This document shows, piece after piece, positions 16,717 to 25,505 of a stretch of 64,000 nt of DNA. How positions within the stretch are numbered: the first letter of the stretch is position 1; each line of letters starts with the position of its first letter. The notes under the pieces are model-generated. The model saw only the letters and a list, made by a program, of their open reading frames with translations, did not search any database and was not told where the DNA came from. The stretch is from NCBI GenBank assembly GCA_965222875.1, contig CBDCVC010000002.1, positions 802,835 through 866,834 of the forward strand, given 5' to 3'. The stretch is from Candidatus Multivorans sp. (GTDB lineage: Bacteria > Acidobacteriota > Thermoanaerobaculia > Multivoradales > Multivoraceae). Both the position numbers and the translations under genes were made by a program.

Positions 16717-18237
16717 ATGCGGGCGGCGTTGTTTCCGCTCGCGGCCTACTTGCGGGGGGCGCCGGAGCTGGCCCGCGAGGCGGTCGTGGTCCACGAAGGC
16801 CCCTCGGCGCGGATCGTCGCCGCCTCCCGGCTGGCGCGACGCGCGGGTGTGCGGCCGGGGCTGACCGTGGCGCAGGCCCGGAACATCGAGTCCGGCCTCG
16901 CCTCTCGCGTCCGCGACCCGGAGCGCGAACACACCGCGCAGGAGGTGCTGCTCGAGATCGCCGGCGCCTTCTCACCCCGGGTCGAGGACGGCGGTGAGGG
17001 CATGGTCTACCTCGACATCGCGGCCGACGACGAGCACAACCTCGGCCAGACGATGATGCGGGACATGGATGCCGCCGGCCTGCCCGGGCGGGTCGGCATC
17101 GCCGGCTGCAAGCTCGCGGCGCGGGCCGCGGCCGCCCTGCCGCGGTCGCCGAACGTCGTGGCGCCACGCGGCGAAGCCCGGTTCCTGGCGCCGTTGCCGC
17201 TCAACTCTCTGCTCGGGAGCGGCGGCAGCGGTCCCGGCAGCGACGCGGCGGACGGCGACGACCAGGAAATCCTCCACACGCTGAAGCTCTGGGGCCTGCG
17301 CACCGTCGGCGATCTGGCCGGCCTGCCGGCGGGCGAGATCCACAGCCGTCTCGGCGAGCACGGCACAGCGCTCCATGCCGCCGCCCGAGGCGTCGATCCG
17401 GCGCCGCTCACTCCCCGTCCGCCGCCGCCCACCTTCCGCGAGTCGCAGACTCTGGAATGGCCAATCGACAACCTGGAACCGTTCCTGTTCGTCGCCCGCG
17501 CCGCGGTCGAACGCCTTGTCACCCGGCTCGAAGCCCGGGGCATGGGCTGCAAGCGGCTCGAACTGTCGCTCAAGCTCGAACCCGAGGGCCTTCACGAGCT
17601 GGCGATCGAACTGCCGGCGCCCACACGCGAGGCCCGGACGTTGCTGTCGCTCGTCCACCTCCACCTGGAGGGAGAGCCGCCCCGGGCACCGATTGTCGGC
17701 ATGCAGCTTTCGGCTCACCCCGATGCCCCGCGCCAGGCCCAACTCAGCCTGCTCGGTCCGGCCGCCCTGTCGCCAGATCGCCTGGCCGCCGTCACCGCCC
17801 GGCTGCTCGCCCTGCTCGGCCCAAACCGGGTCGGCTCGCCGCGCACCAGAAACGGCCATCTGCCGGAACGCTTCCGGCTCGCCGACTACGACCCGCCCCC
17901 GCCGCCCCGCATCCGGCTCGAACCCCGGCCGGGCCGCGGCATGCTGGCGGTGCGCACCTTGCGGCCCCCGGTCGAGGTCGAGGTGCTGACGGCCGAAGGT
18001 TCCACTCTCTGCCCCGCACCGGTGCAGATCAACCCCCTGCCGACCGACGAACGCCACGTCCGCATCGAGGGCGCGGTCCGGACCGCCGCCGGCCCCTGGG
18101 AGATCGAAGAGGGCTGGTGGCGGGAGGCCCCTGCGCTGCGGGACTACTGGGACGTGGAACTGCGGAACGGCGCGGTGTGCCGGATCTACCGTGACCGGAC
18201 GTCGGAGCGCTGGTTCGCGGATGGGGTGTACGACTGA
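16717..18237 (+). CDS. imuB: ImuB, an inactive Y-family polymerase-like protein
   Basis: The N-terminus MRAALFPLAAYLR fits the ImuB pattern. It has a Y-family fold-like composition without the catalytic acidic triad context. It is adjacent to imuA, with dnaE2 downstream. Confidence 0.7.
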   Translation: MRAALFPLAAYLRGAPELAREAVVVHEGPSARIVAASRLARRAGVRPGLTVAQARNIESGLASRVRDPEREHTAQEVLLEIAGAFSPRVEDGGEGMVYLDIAADDEHNLGQTMMRDMDAAGLPGRVGIAGCKLAARAAAALPRSPNVVAPRGEARFLAPLPLNSLLGSGGSGPGSDAADGDDQEILHTLKLWGLRTVGDLAGLPAGEIHSRLGEHGTALHAAARGVDPAPLTPRPPPPTFRESQTLEWPIDNLEPFLFVARAAVERLVTRLEARGMGCKRLELSLKLEPEGLHELAIELPAPTREARTLLSLVHLHLEGEPPRAPIVGMQLSAHPDAPRQAQLSLLGPAALSPDRLAAVTARLLALLGPNRVGSPRTRNGHLPERFRLADYDPPPPPRIRLEPRPGRGMLAVRTLRPPVEVEVLTAEGSTLCPAPVQINPLPTDERHVRIEGAVRTAAGPWEIEEGWWREAPALRDYWDVELRNGAVCRIYRDRTSERWFADGVYD

Positions 18238-18355
18238 GGGGGTCCACATGGACTCGAGACCTACAGATTCCAGATGGCTGCCATCGGCCCACTTATAGAG
18301 TTCTGCCCGGCTTTTATCGATTCTCGCTATAAACGGCCGACAGGAGAAGAACAGC

Positions 18356-18790
18356 ATGAAGAACCAATGGATCTTCCCGACCCTCACCGGGATCAACTTC
18401 GCACTCCTGGCATTGCTCCTGTTGCTGCCCTACCTCACGAAGGCGGACGCCGCCGAAGACACCGTCCTGCGTGGCACGGGGATCGAGATCGTGGACCGTG
18501 ACGGACGCTTGCGGGCGCAGCTCGTCCTGGAGCCCGAAAACCCCGACTACGAGTGGCCGGACGGGCGAATCGGGTATCCCGAAACCGTCATCCTCCGGCT
18601 GATCACCGCTGACGGAAAGCCGCGGGTCAAGATCACGACTTCCGAGGAGGACTCCGGCCTCATGCTCCTCGGGGCGTCCGACACGACCCACACGATTCTC
18701 AAGGCGTTTCGGGACGAGACGTCTCTGTTGTTGCGGAACGACGCCACGGCCCAACGACTGCTGACGCCCGGCGTGTCGGCAGCCCGGTAG
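18356..18790 (+). CDS. Hypothetical exported or membrane-anchored protein
   Basis: RBS AGGAGAAG, and an N-terminal hydrophobic segment FPTLTGINFALLALLLLLPYL. Confidence 0.55.
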   Translation: MKNQWIFPTLTGINFALLALLLLLPYLTKADAAEDTVLRGTGIEIVDRDGRLRAQLVLEPENPDYEWPDGRIGYPETVILRLITADGKPRVKITTSEEDSGLMLLGASDTTHTILKAFRDETSLLLRNDATAQRLLTPGVSAAR

Positions 18791-18806
18791 TCCGAACGCG
18801 CCGGCC

Positions 18807-19196
18807 TCAATCGTCCGGCAGGGCGGGTCCCGGCACCCGCCCGCCGATGACCTGCTCCGTCACCACACGGCCACCGATCAGGTGTTCCTGGATCACTCGT
18901 TCCAGCACCTCGGGCGTGCAACCCCAGTACCAGACGCCCTCCGGGTAGACCACCGCGATCGGGCCGGCGTCGCAGATCCGGAGGCAGTTCGCCTTCGTCC
19001 GCATGACCGTGCCGGACTCCGTCAGGCCGATCTCGACCAAGCGGCGCTTGAGGTAGGACCACGACTCGAGTGACGTCTCCAGCTCGCAGCACTTGGGCGT
19101 CGTCTGGTCGCAGCACAGAAAGATGTGCCGCTGCACGTTCGAGATGCCGATCGACTCGGCCTTGCGCCGGGCGCGGTCGAGCGCTTCGCGGTCCAT
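18807..19196 (-). CDS. Thioredoxin-like [2Fe-2S] ferredoxin
   Basis: HIFLCCD...KCC...[22 protein letters not shown] matches the Cys ligand pattern of thioredoxin-like 2Fe-2S ferredoxins. Confidence 0.75.
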   Translation of the reverse strand: MDREALDRARRKAESIGISNVQRHIFLCCDQTTPKCCELETSLESWSYLKRRLVEIGLTESGTVMRTKANCLRICDAGPIAVVYPEGVWYWGCTPEVLERVIQEHLIGGRVVTEQVIGGRVPGPALPDD

Positions 19197-19249
19197 GGCG
19201 CCGATGATTCCATGACCGGCGCGGAGCTCCAGCGATAGTCTGCGATGCC

Positions 19250-19624
19250 ATGAAGCTGTTCGAAGCCGCCTACCCGTTCCAGGACGACGTGCTCGCCCTG
19301 CCGGTAGACGATCTTGACGCCACCGCGAAGTGGTACGCGGACGCCTTCGGGCTCCAGGAGGTCGAACGGCGCGAGGAACCGGCGCCGACGGTCATTCTCG
19401 AACGCGACGGCGTCCGGATCGGCTTCGCGATCAACGGCGGCGACGCAAGCATGGACGGCGCCGCGATCCTGGTCACCGACATCAAGCGAGCGCGGACCGA
19501 GCTCAAGAGCAACGGCATCAAGGTCAAGAACTGGCGCATCGACAAGCGGGACGGCAAGAAGTTCCGGGTCTTCTTCGTCGTCGCGCCGGACGGACTCTGC
19601 TACTACTTCCATCAGGAGGTCTGA
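19250..19624 (+). CDS. VOC family protein (glyoxalase-like)
   Basis: 124 aa with VOC-like beta-alpha-beta3 composition ([15 protein letters not shown]...GVRIGFAI...[18 protein letters not shown]). Confidence 0.65.
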   Translation: MKLFEAAYPFQDDVLALPVDDLDATAKWYADAFGLQEVERREEPAPTVILERDGVRIGFAINGGDASMDGAAILVTDIKRARTELKSNGIKVKNWRIDKRDGKKFRVFFVVAPDGLCYYFHQEV

Positions 19625-19683
19625 CGGGGCGACCGTCGGTCACGGTAAGATCGGGCGTCCACGGCTTCAGGGGCACGTACTTC

Positions 19684-20019
19684 ATGCTCACGCTTGACCC
19701 CGACGAACAGACTTGGCTCGACGACTACCGGAAGGCGCTCCGAGAACAGCACCCGGACGCCGTCCGGCGCATGGTCGTCTACGGCTCAAAGGCCCGTGGC
19801 GACGCCCGCGAAGACAGTGATCTGGACATCCTGCTCCTGGTTGCCGACGAGGCCGCGGACCTCCAGCGGCGCCTCAGGCGCATCGGCTACCACCTCGCCG
19901 CGGCCACGCCGATCGCGCCCTCGATCATGGCGTACACGAAAGGAGCGTGGGAGACACAGAAGAACCGCGGCTTCCCATTCCAGCTCGCCGTTGAGCGCGA
20001 CGCCGTCTCGGTTCTGTGA
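19684..20019 (+). CDS. Minimal nucleotidyltransferase (second MNT, orphan)
   Basis: MVVYGSKARGDAREDSDLDILLLV is the GS-x9-DxD MNT signature. The stop TGA abuts the ATG of a 16-codon ORF (MLYLLTKGLTEDDLAC*) at 20020-20070. Confidence 0.7.
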   Translation: MLTLDPDEQTWLDDYRKALREQHPDAVRRMVVYGSKARGDAREDSDLDILLLVADEAADLQRRLRRIGYHLAAATPIAPSIMAYTKGAWETQKNRGFPFQLAVERDAVSVL

Positions 20020-20097
20020 ATGCTCTATCTGCTGACGAAGGGACTGACCGAAGACGATCTTGCGTGCTGAGGAACTCGAGGGACCCGGTTCTGAGGG

Positions 20098-21846
20098 ATG
20101 GCAATCGGCTTGCGAATGACAGTTCACTCCGAAAGACGGGAGGTCGTCGCAGCCGTCATGGTCGGCGTGGCGCTCCTTCTTCATCAGGCCGCCAACGCCC
20201 AGGACTTCGCCGAACTCCTGGAGATCCGGCGCGTCAAGGAGACGCTGGACCTGAGCGAGGTGCCGGAACCGGACCTGACCGGGGTTCCCGCGGTCGACGG
20301 GCAGCGTCTTCAGGAGTACCGGTCGCTCACCGCGAACGCCCTGGAACACGCCGCGGGGCCTCTCGAGGCGCAGTTGGCGGCGAACACCTACGGCGACCTG
20401 TGCGCGCGCTACCTGCACTACGAGCTCCACGACGCGGCGGCCGGCTGCCTGGATCAGATCAGGGAGCTGGCGCCGGCGGACTTCCAGTGGGCCTACTTCC
20501 AGTTGCTGCTGGACATTGCGACCGGCAACTTTGAAGGCGCCCTCTCGAGCGCCGAACAGGCGCTCGCCATGCGGCCGGACGACCCGCCGACCTTGATTCG
20601 CCTGGCCGAACTCCACGTCGCGGCCGGCGACATCGACGCCGCCGAAGCCGCGTACGAAGCGGCGCTTGCGGCCTATCCGGAGAGCGCCACGGCCCGCGTC
20701 GGCCTCGGCTACATCGCAATGGAACGCGGCGATCCGGCGCGCGCGCTCGAGATCTTCCAGGAAGTCGCCGCGTCGCAGCCCGAGGGCAGCGAGGCGAATC
20801 ATCACGTCGGCCTCGCCTACCGCGCATTGGGTGATGGCGACCGGGCCGTCGAGGCGTGGCGCCTGAACCAGGACATTCAGATCCCGATGTACGACCCGCT
20901 GATCGAACGCCTCAGGCCGCTCGAGGAAGATGTGATCCTGCCGCTCGACCGCGCCGTCGCCGCCGCCGCGGAGGGCGACCACCAACGGGCGGTCGGGCTG
21001 TACGAAGAGATCCTCCAAGCGAACGAGGCGGACGACGAAGCGCACTTCCGCCTGGCGGGCTCGCTGCTGGTGCTCGGCGAGGCCGTGCGCGGCGAAGGGC
21101 ATCTACGCCGGGCGATCGCGCTGAACACCGATCACGCCGGAGCGCACTTTGCCCTCGCCATGTTCCTCGCTCAAGCCGGACGCCGCAGCGACGCCGCCCA
21201 ACACCTGGAACGGGCGGCCGATCTCGCGCCCCAGAACCTGCCCTGGCGTCTTCAGCGGGCGCAGATGCGGGCCGCCTCGGGCAACACCGCCGGCGCCATC
21301 GACGAACTCAGGCAGATCGTGGCCCTCGACCCCGGGATGATCGAAGCACGGCGACCGCTCGCCGCCCTGCTCGTCGGCGCGGGCCGGGCCGAAGAAGCCG
21401 CCGCCCAGTTGCAGGCCCTGGTCGCGCTGACGCCGGACGATCTGCAGGCGCGCTTCAACCTCGGGCTGATGCTGTTCCAGACCGGCCGCTACACCGAGGC
21501 GCGCGCGGCTCTGGACGAAGCTCTGGGGCGCTTCCCCAGCGACATCGCCACCCGCCACCTGCTGGCGCGGCTGCTTGCCGTGAGCCCCGACGAGGCGGTG
21601 CGCGACGGCGCACGGGCGGTCGAGCTGGCGCAGTCGGTGGTCGACGAACAACCCGCACTCGACCACCTCGAGACGCTGGCGATGGCCCTGGCCGAGGCCG
21701 GGCGGTTCGACGACGCCGTCGCTTGGCAGCAACGGACGCTCGAACGGGAACGGGCCGAGGCCGGTGGTAACTCGTCCCAACGGCTCGATCGGCTGGCGCT
21801 GTACCAGGCGCGGCAGCCGCTGCGGGCCCCGCGGCGTCAGAACTAG
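20098..21846 (+). CDS. TPR-repeat protein with N-terminal signal peptide
   Basis: Signal-like VAAVMVGVALLLHQAANAQD, followed by many Ala-rich TPR-like repeats. Confidence 0.7.
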   Translation: MAIGLRMTVHSERREVVAAVMVGVALLLHQAANAQDFAELLEIRRVKETLDLSEVPEPDLTGVPAVDGQRLQEYRSLTANALEHAAGPLEAQLAANTYGDLCARYLHYELHDAAAGCLDQIRELAPADFQWAYFQLLLDIATGNFEGALSSAEQALAMRPDDPPTLIRLAELHVAAGDIDAAEAAYEAALAAYPESATARVGLGYIAMERGDPARALEIFQEVAASQPEGSEANHHVGLAYRALGDGDRAVEAWRLNQDIQIPMYDPLIERLRPLEEDVILPLDRAVAAAAEGDHQRAVGLYEEILQANEADDEAHFRLAGSLLVLGEAVRGEGHLRRAIALNTDHAGAHFALAMFLAQAGRRSDAAQHLERAADLAPQNLPWRLQRAQMRAASGNTAGAIDELRQIVALDPGMIEARRPLAALLVGAGRAEEAAAQLQALVALTPDDLQARFNLGLMLFQTGRYTEARAALDEALGRFPSDIATRHLLARLLAVSPDEAVRDGARAVELAQSVVDEQPALDHLETLAMALAEAGRFDDAVAWQQRTLERERAEAGGNSSQRLDRLALYQARQPLRAPRRQN

Positions 21847-21898
21847 CAACACCGGTTCATACCGGCGCTGCGCCGGATGCGGGCAAGATGCCCGTGTT

Positions 21899-21955
21899 CC
21901 ATCCGTGCGCCCGATGGCGGGCGCACGGAGTGGTTCGCGGGTGGCGCGGAATCGC
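21899..21955 (+). repeat. Conserved palindromic hairpin element, copy A
   Basis: CCGTGCGCCCG-ATGG-CGGGCGCACGG (11-bp perfect stem at 21904-21929) followed by GAGTGGTTCGCGGGTGGCGCGGAATCG. About 57 nt recur at 43531-43590 with 5 mismatches. Confidence 0.6.
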
Positions 21956-22060
21956 GCCGCCCGGGTTCCCAGGGCGGATAAGCGCGGCGATCTCCCGGCT
22001 GTCGACGCCTGGGTTCCCAGAGGTCTTGCTATCCATTACCGCCTGATTTACGCTTACCGG

Positions 22061-25000
22061 ATGGCTCCCAAGGTCAAAGTACCGGCCCGCAACATGGGGC
22101 TGTCCGGCTCGATGCGCAAGGGCAGCAACCGCGGCGGCGGTAACGGCAACGGCCTGCTCGACGCCCGGGGCGAGCCGAACCCCGGCTATGCCGCGCCGGG
22201 GGCGGTCAAGGAGCAACTGCGCCGGCGCGACCTCCAGCCCCCGCCGAAGCGCCGTCGACGGCCGCCGTCCTACGCCGAACTCCACGCTGCCTCGTCGTTC
22301 TCCTTCCTGCGCGGCTCGTCGCAGCCCGAGGATCTGGTGGCGCGGGCGGCGGCGCTCGGGCTGCCGGCGGTCGCCCTGCTCGACCGGAACGGCGTCTCCG
22401 GCGCGCCGCGCTTCTACAAGGCGGCGCGGGAGGCGGGGATCCGGGCGCTGGTCGGCGCCGAGGCGGTCATCGACCGGCCGCAGGCGTCGGCGGTTTCGCG
22501 GCAGCGCGAGGAGCGGCCGATGCTGGACGATCAGGAAACCCGCGTCCAGCTTCTGGTGAGGAGCCGACAGGGCTACCGCAACCTCTGCCGCCTGCTGACC
22601 GCCGGGGCGCTCAACCACCCGAAGGGCGAGGCCCGGATCGACTGGACGCTGCTCGAGGAGCACGCGGCCGGGCTCCACTGCCTGGCCGGCGCCGCAGCCG
22701 ACCCGATCGGACGGGCGCTGACGCGGGAAGGGCAGGAAGCGGCCGGTCGCCAGCTCGAACGGCTGCACGCCGTCTTCCCGGGCCGCCTGCATGTGGAGCT
22801 CGCGCGGCACGGCATCCGCGCCGAGGAACATCGCAACCAGGCCCTGGTCCGGCTGGCGCAGAGGCTGGCGGTACCCGTTGTGGCCACCGGCGGCGTGCGC
22901 TACGCCACCGCCGCCGACAAGCCCCTCTACGATCTGATGACCGCGATCCGGCACCACGTAACGGTCGACGACGCCGGCGCGCGCCTCGCCCGCTGCCGGC
23001 AGCGGCGTCTGAAGAGCCCGGAAGAGATGCACCGGCTGTTCGCCGATCTGCCGCAGGCCGTCCACGCCGCGCACGAACTGGCCGCGGAACTCGACTTCAC
23101 CCTCGCCGACCTCGGCTACCGCTTCCCGGACTACCCGCTTCCCGCCGGCGAGACGGCGATCTCCCATCTCCGCGAACTGACCTGGCAGGGGGCGCGGGAG
23201 CGATTCCGGCCGCTCACCGCCCGCGCCGGGGCGCAACTCGAGAAGGAGCTCGCGCTGATCGAGAAGCTCGACCTCGCCGGCTACTTCCTGATCGTCTGGG
23301 ACATCGTCCGCTTCTGCAAGGAGCAGCGGATCTTCGCCCAGGGCCGCGGCTCGGCCGCCAACTCCGCGGTCTGCTATGCGCTCTCGATCACCGCGGTGGA
23401 CCCGGTGAAGATGGACCTCCTGTTCGAGCGCTTCCTGTCCGAAGAACGGGGCGAATGGCCGGACATCGACATCGATCTGCCGTCCGGCGACCAGCGCGAG
23501 AAGGTCATCCAGTACGTCTACCGGCGCTACGGCCGGCACGGCGCGGCGATGACCGCGAACGTGATCACCTACCGCGACCGCATGGCCGCGCGCGAGGCGG
23601 CCAAGGCGCTGGGGTGCTCCAAGTCCCAGGTCGACCGGCTGGCCAAAGGCCTCGGCCACTGGCACTCCGCCCTGAGATACAGCGGCCTCTCCCGCGGCGA
23701 CAGCAAGGAGATGGACGAGGAACTGACGGAGCTCGGGTTCGATCCCCGCGACCGGCGCATCCAGATCTTCGTCCGGTTGTGGCGGCAGCTTCAGAACCAT
23801 CCCCGCCACCTGAGCCAGCACTCGGGCGGCATGGTGCTCTGCGCCGGCCGACTGGACGAGATCGTGCCGCTCGAACCGGCGGCGATGGAGAACCGGGTCA
23901 TCGTCCAGTGGGACAAGGACGACTGCGCCGATCTGGGGCTGATCAAGGTCGACCTGCTCGGCCTCGGCATGCTGAATGCGCTGGAGGAGGCGGTGCCCCT
24001 GATCCACCGGCACGAAGGCAGGGAGATCGACCTGGCTCACCTGCCGCCCGACGACCCGGCGGTCTACGAGATGATCTGCCGCGCCGACACGGTCGGGGTC
24101 TTCCAGATCGAGAGCCGGGCGCAGATGGCGTCCCTGCCGCGCCACCGGCCATACAAGTTCTACGATCTCGTGATCCAGATCGCGATCATCCGCCCCGGCC
24201 CGATCGTCGGCGGGATGGCCCATCCCTTCTTCGAGCGCCGGGTGGGCCGCGAGGAGGTCACCTACCCTCACCCGCTGCTCGAGCCGATCCTGCGCCGCAC
24301 CCTCGGCGTACCGATCTTCCAGGAACAGATCCTCAAGGTCGCCATGGTCGCGGCCGGCTTCAGCGGCGGCGAGGCGGAGGATCTGCGGCGCGCGATGGGC
24401 TTCAAACGCTCCGTCGAGCGAATGCAGGAGATCGAACGCCGCTTACGTTCCGGCATGAACGAACGCGGCATCCAGGGCGTTGCCCAGGAACAGATCGTCA
24501 AGGCGATCACGTCGTTCGCGCTCTATGGTTTCCCGGAGTCGCACTCCGCCAGCTTCGCCCTGATCGCCTACGCCAGCGCCTACCTGAAGCGGCACCATCC
24601 GACCGCCTTCTTCCTGTCACTCCTGAACGCCTGGCCGATGGGCTTCTACCACCCGGCGACCCTGGTCCGCGAAGCGCAGCGCGCGGGCAGCGTGGTGCTG
24701 CCGATCGACGTGAACGAATCGGGGGTCAGGTGCCGTTGGGAAGACAGGCCGGCGGAGAGCGACGGGGTGGCGCGGCGCGGGCGCGCGGGCGATCCGCCGC
24801 GGGGAGCGATCCGCCTCGGGCTGCGCTACGTCAAGGGACTGCGGCACGAGGCGGCCGAACAGATCGAAGCCGAGCAGGCGGGAAAGCCGTTCGGGAGCAT
24901 TGAGGATCTGGCCGAGCGCTGCCGCTTGCGCCGGAAGGAACTCGCGGCGCTGGCGTCCATTGGCGCGTTGCCAGAGCGCGGCCGGCGGGCCGCGCTGTGG

Positions 25001-25492
25001 CAGGCGGCCCAGGTCGAGAAGCCGAAGGGGCCGTTGTTCGCGAGTCTTCCAACCGCCACCCCCTCGCCGCTCGACGAGATGACGCCAATGGAAGAGACCG
25101 CCGCCGACTTCCGCGTCGCCTCGATCACCACCGGACCTCACCCGATGGAGTACTACCGCCGGGCGCTCCACCGCCGCCGCGTCGTGCCCGCCGCCAAGCT
25201 CCCGGACCGGCCCGCCGGCCGCCGCGTGCGCACCGCCGGCTCGGTCATCGTCCGCCAGCGCCCCGGCACCGCCCGCGGGCTGCTGTTCCTGACCCTCGAG
25301 GACGAAACCGGCATGAGCCAGGCGGTCGTCATGCCGGACCAGTTCAAGAAGCACCGCCGCACGATCGTCTCGTCCTCCGGCCTGATCGTCGAAGGCGTGC
25401 TGCAGAAGAAGGACGGCTCGCTATCCGTCAAGGCGGACAAGTTCTGGCCGATCGACCGGCTGGAGAGAGTACCGAGCCACGACTTCCGGTGA
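22061..25492 (+). CDS. dnaE2: Error-prone DNA polymerase III alpha, DnaE2 (ImuC); start uncertain (22061, 22094 or 22112)
   Basis: PHP-domain start YAELHAASSFSFLRGSSQPEDLVARAAALGLPAVALLDRNG and the DnaE2-type polymerase core. The N-terminal extension is Gly/Arg-rich. Confidence 0.85.
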   Translation: MAPKVKVPARNMGLSGSMRKGSNRGGGNGNGLLDARGEPNPGYAAPGAVKEQLRRRDLQPPPKRRRRPPSYAELHAASSFSFLRGSSQPEDLVARAAALGLPAVALLDRNGVSGAPRFYKAAREAGIRALVGAEAVIDRPQASAVSRQREERPMLDDQETRVQLLVRSRQGYRNLCRLLTAGALNHPKGEARIDWTLLEEHAAGLHCLAGAAADPIGRALTREGQEAAGRQLERLHAVFPGRLHVELARHGIRAEEHRNQALVRLAQRLAVPVVATGGVRYATAADKPLYDLMTAIRHHVTVDDAGARLARCRQRRLKSPEEMHRLFADLPQAVHAAHELAAELDFTLADLGYRFPDYPLPAGETAISHLRELTWQGARERFRPLTARAGAQLEKELALIEKLDLAGYFLIVWDIVRFCKEQRIFAQGRGSAANSAVCYALSITAVDPVKMDLLFERFLSEERGEWPDIDIDLPSGDQREKVIQYVYRRYGRHGAAMTANVITYRDRMAAREAAKALGCSKSQVDRLAKGLGHWHSALRYSGLSRGDSKEMDEELTELGFDPRDRRIQIFVRLWRQLQNHPRHLSQHSGGMVLCAGRLDEIVPLEPAAMENRVIVQWDKDDCADLGLIKVDLLGLGMLNALEEAVPLIHRHEGREIDLAHLPPDDPAVYEMICRADTVGVFQIESRAQMASLPRHRPYKFYDLVIQIAIIRPGPIVGGMAHPFFERRVGREEVTYPHPLLEPILRRTLGVPIFQEQILKVAMVAAGFSGGEAEDLRRAMGFKRSVERMQEIERRLRSGMNERGIQGVAQEQIVKAITSFALYGFPESHSASFALIAYASAYLKRHHPTAFFLSLLNAWPMGFYHPATLVREAQRAGSVVLPIDVNESGVRCRWEDRPAESDGVARRGRAGDPPRGAIRLGLRYVKGLRHEAAEQIEAEQAGKPFGSIEDLAERCRLRRKELAALASIGALPERGRRAALWQAAQVEKPKGPLFASLPTATPSPLDEMTPMEETAADFRVASITTGPHPMEYYRRALHRRRVVPAAKLPDRPAGRRVRTAGSVIVRQRPGTARGLLFLTLEDETGMSQAVVMPDQFKKHRRTIVSSSGLIVEGVLQKKDGSLSVKADKFWPIDRLERVPSHDFR

Positions 25493-25505
25493 CAACCACC
25501 CAGTA

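Noticed and set aside
20016-20534. 172-aa ORF 20016..20534 following the second MNT as a candidate HEPN partner
   Set aside because: Its translation is Arg/Gly-rich with no HEPN Rx4-6H motif, and it overlaps the well-supported TPR gene in another frame. Only the first 16 codons (a separate frame) might be a remnant.
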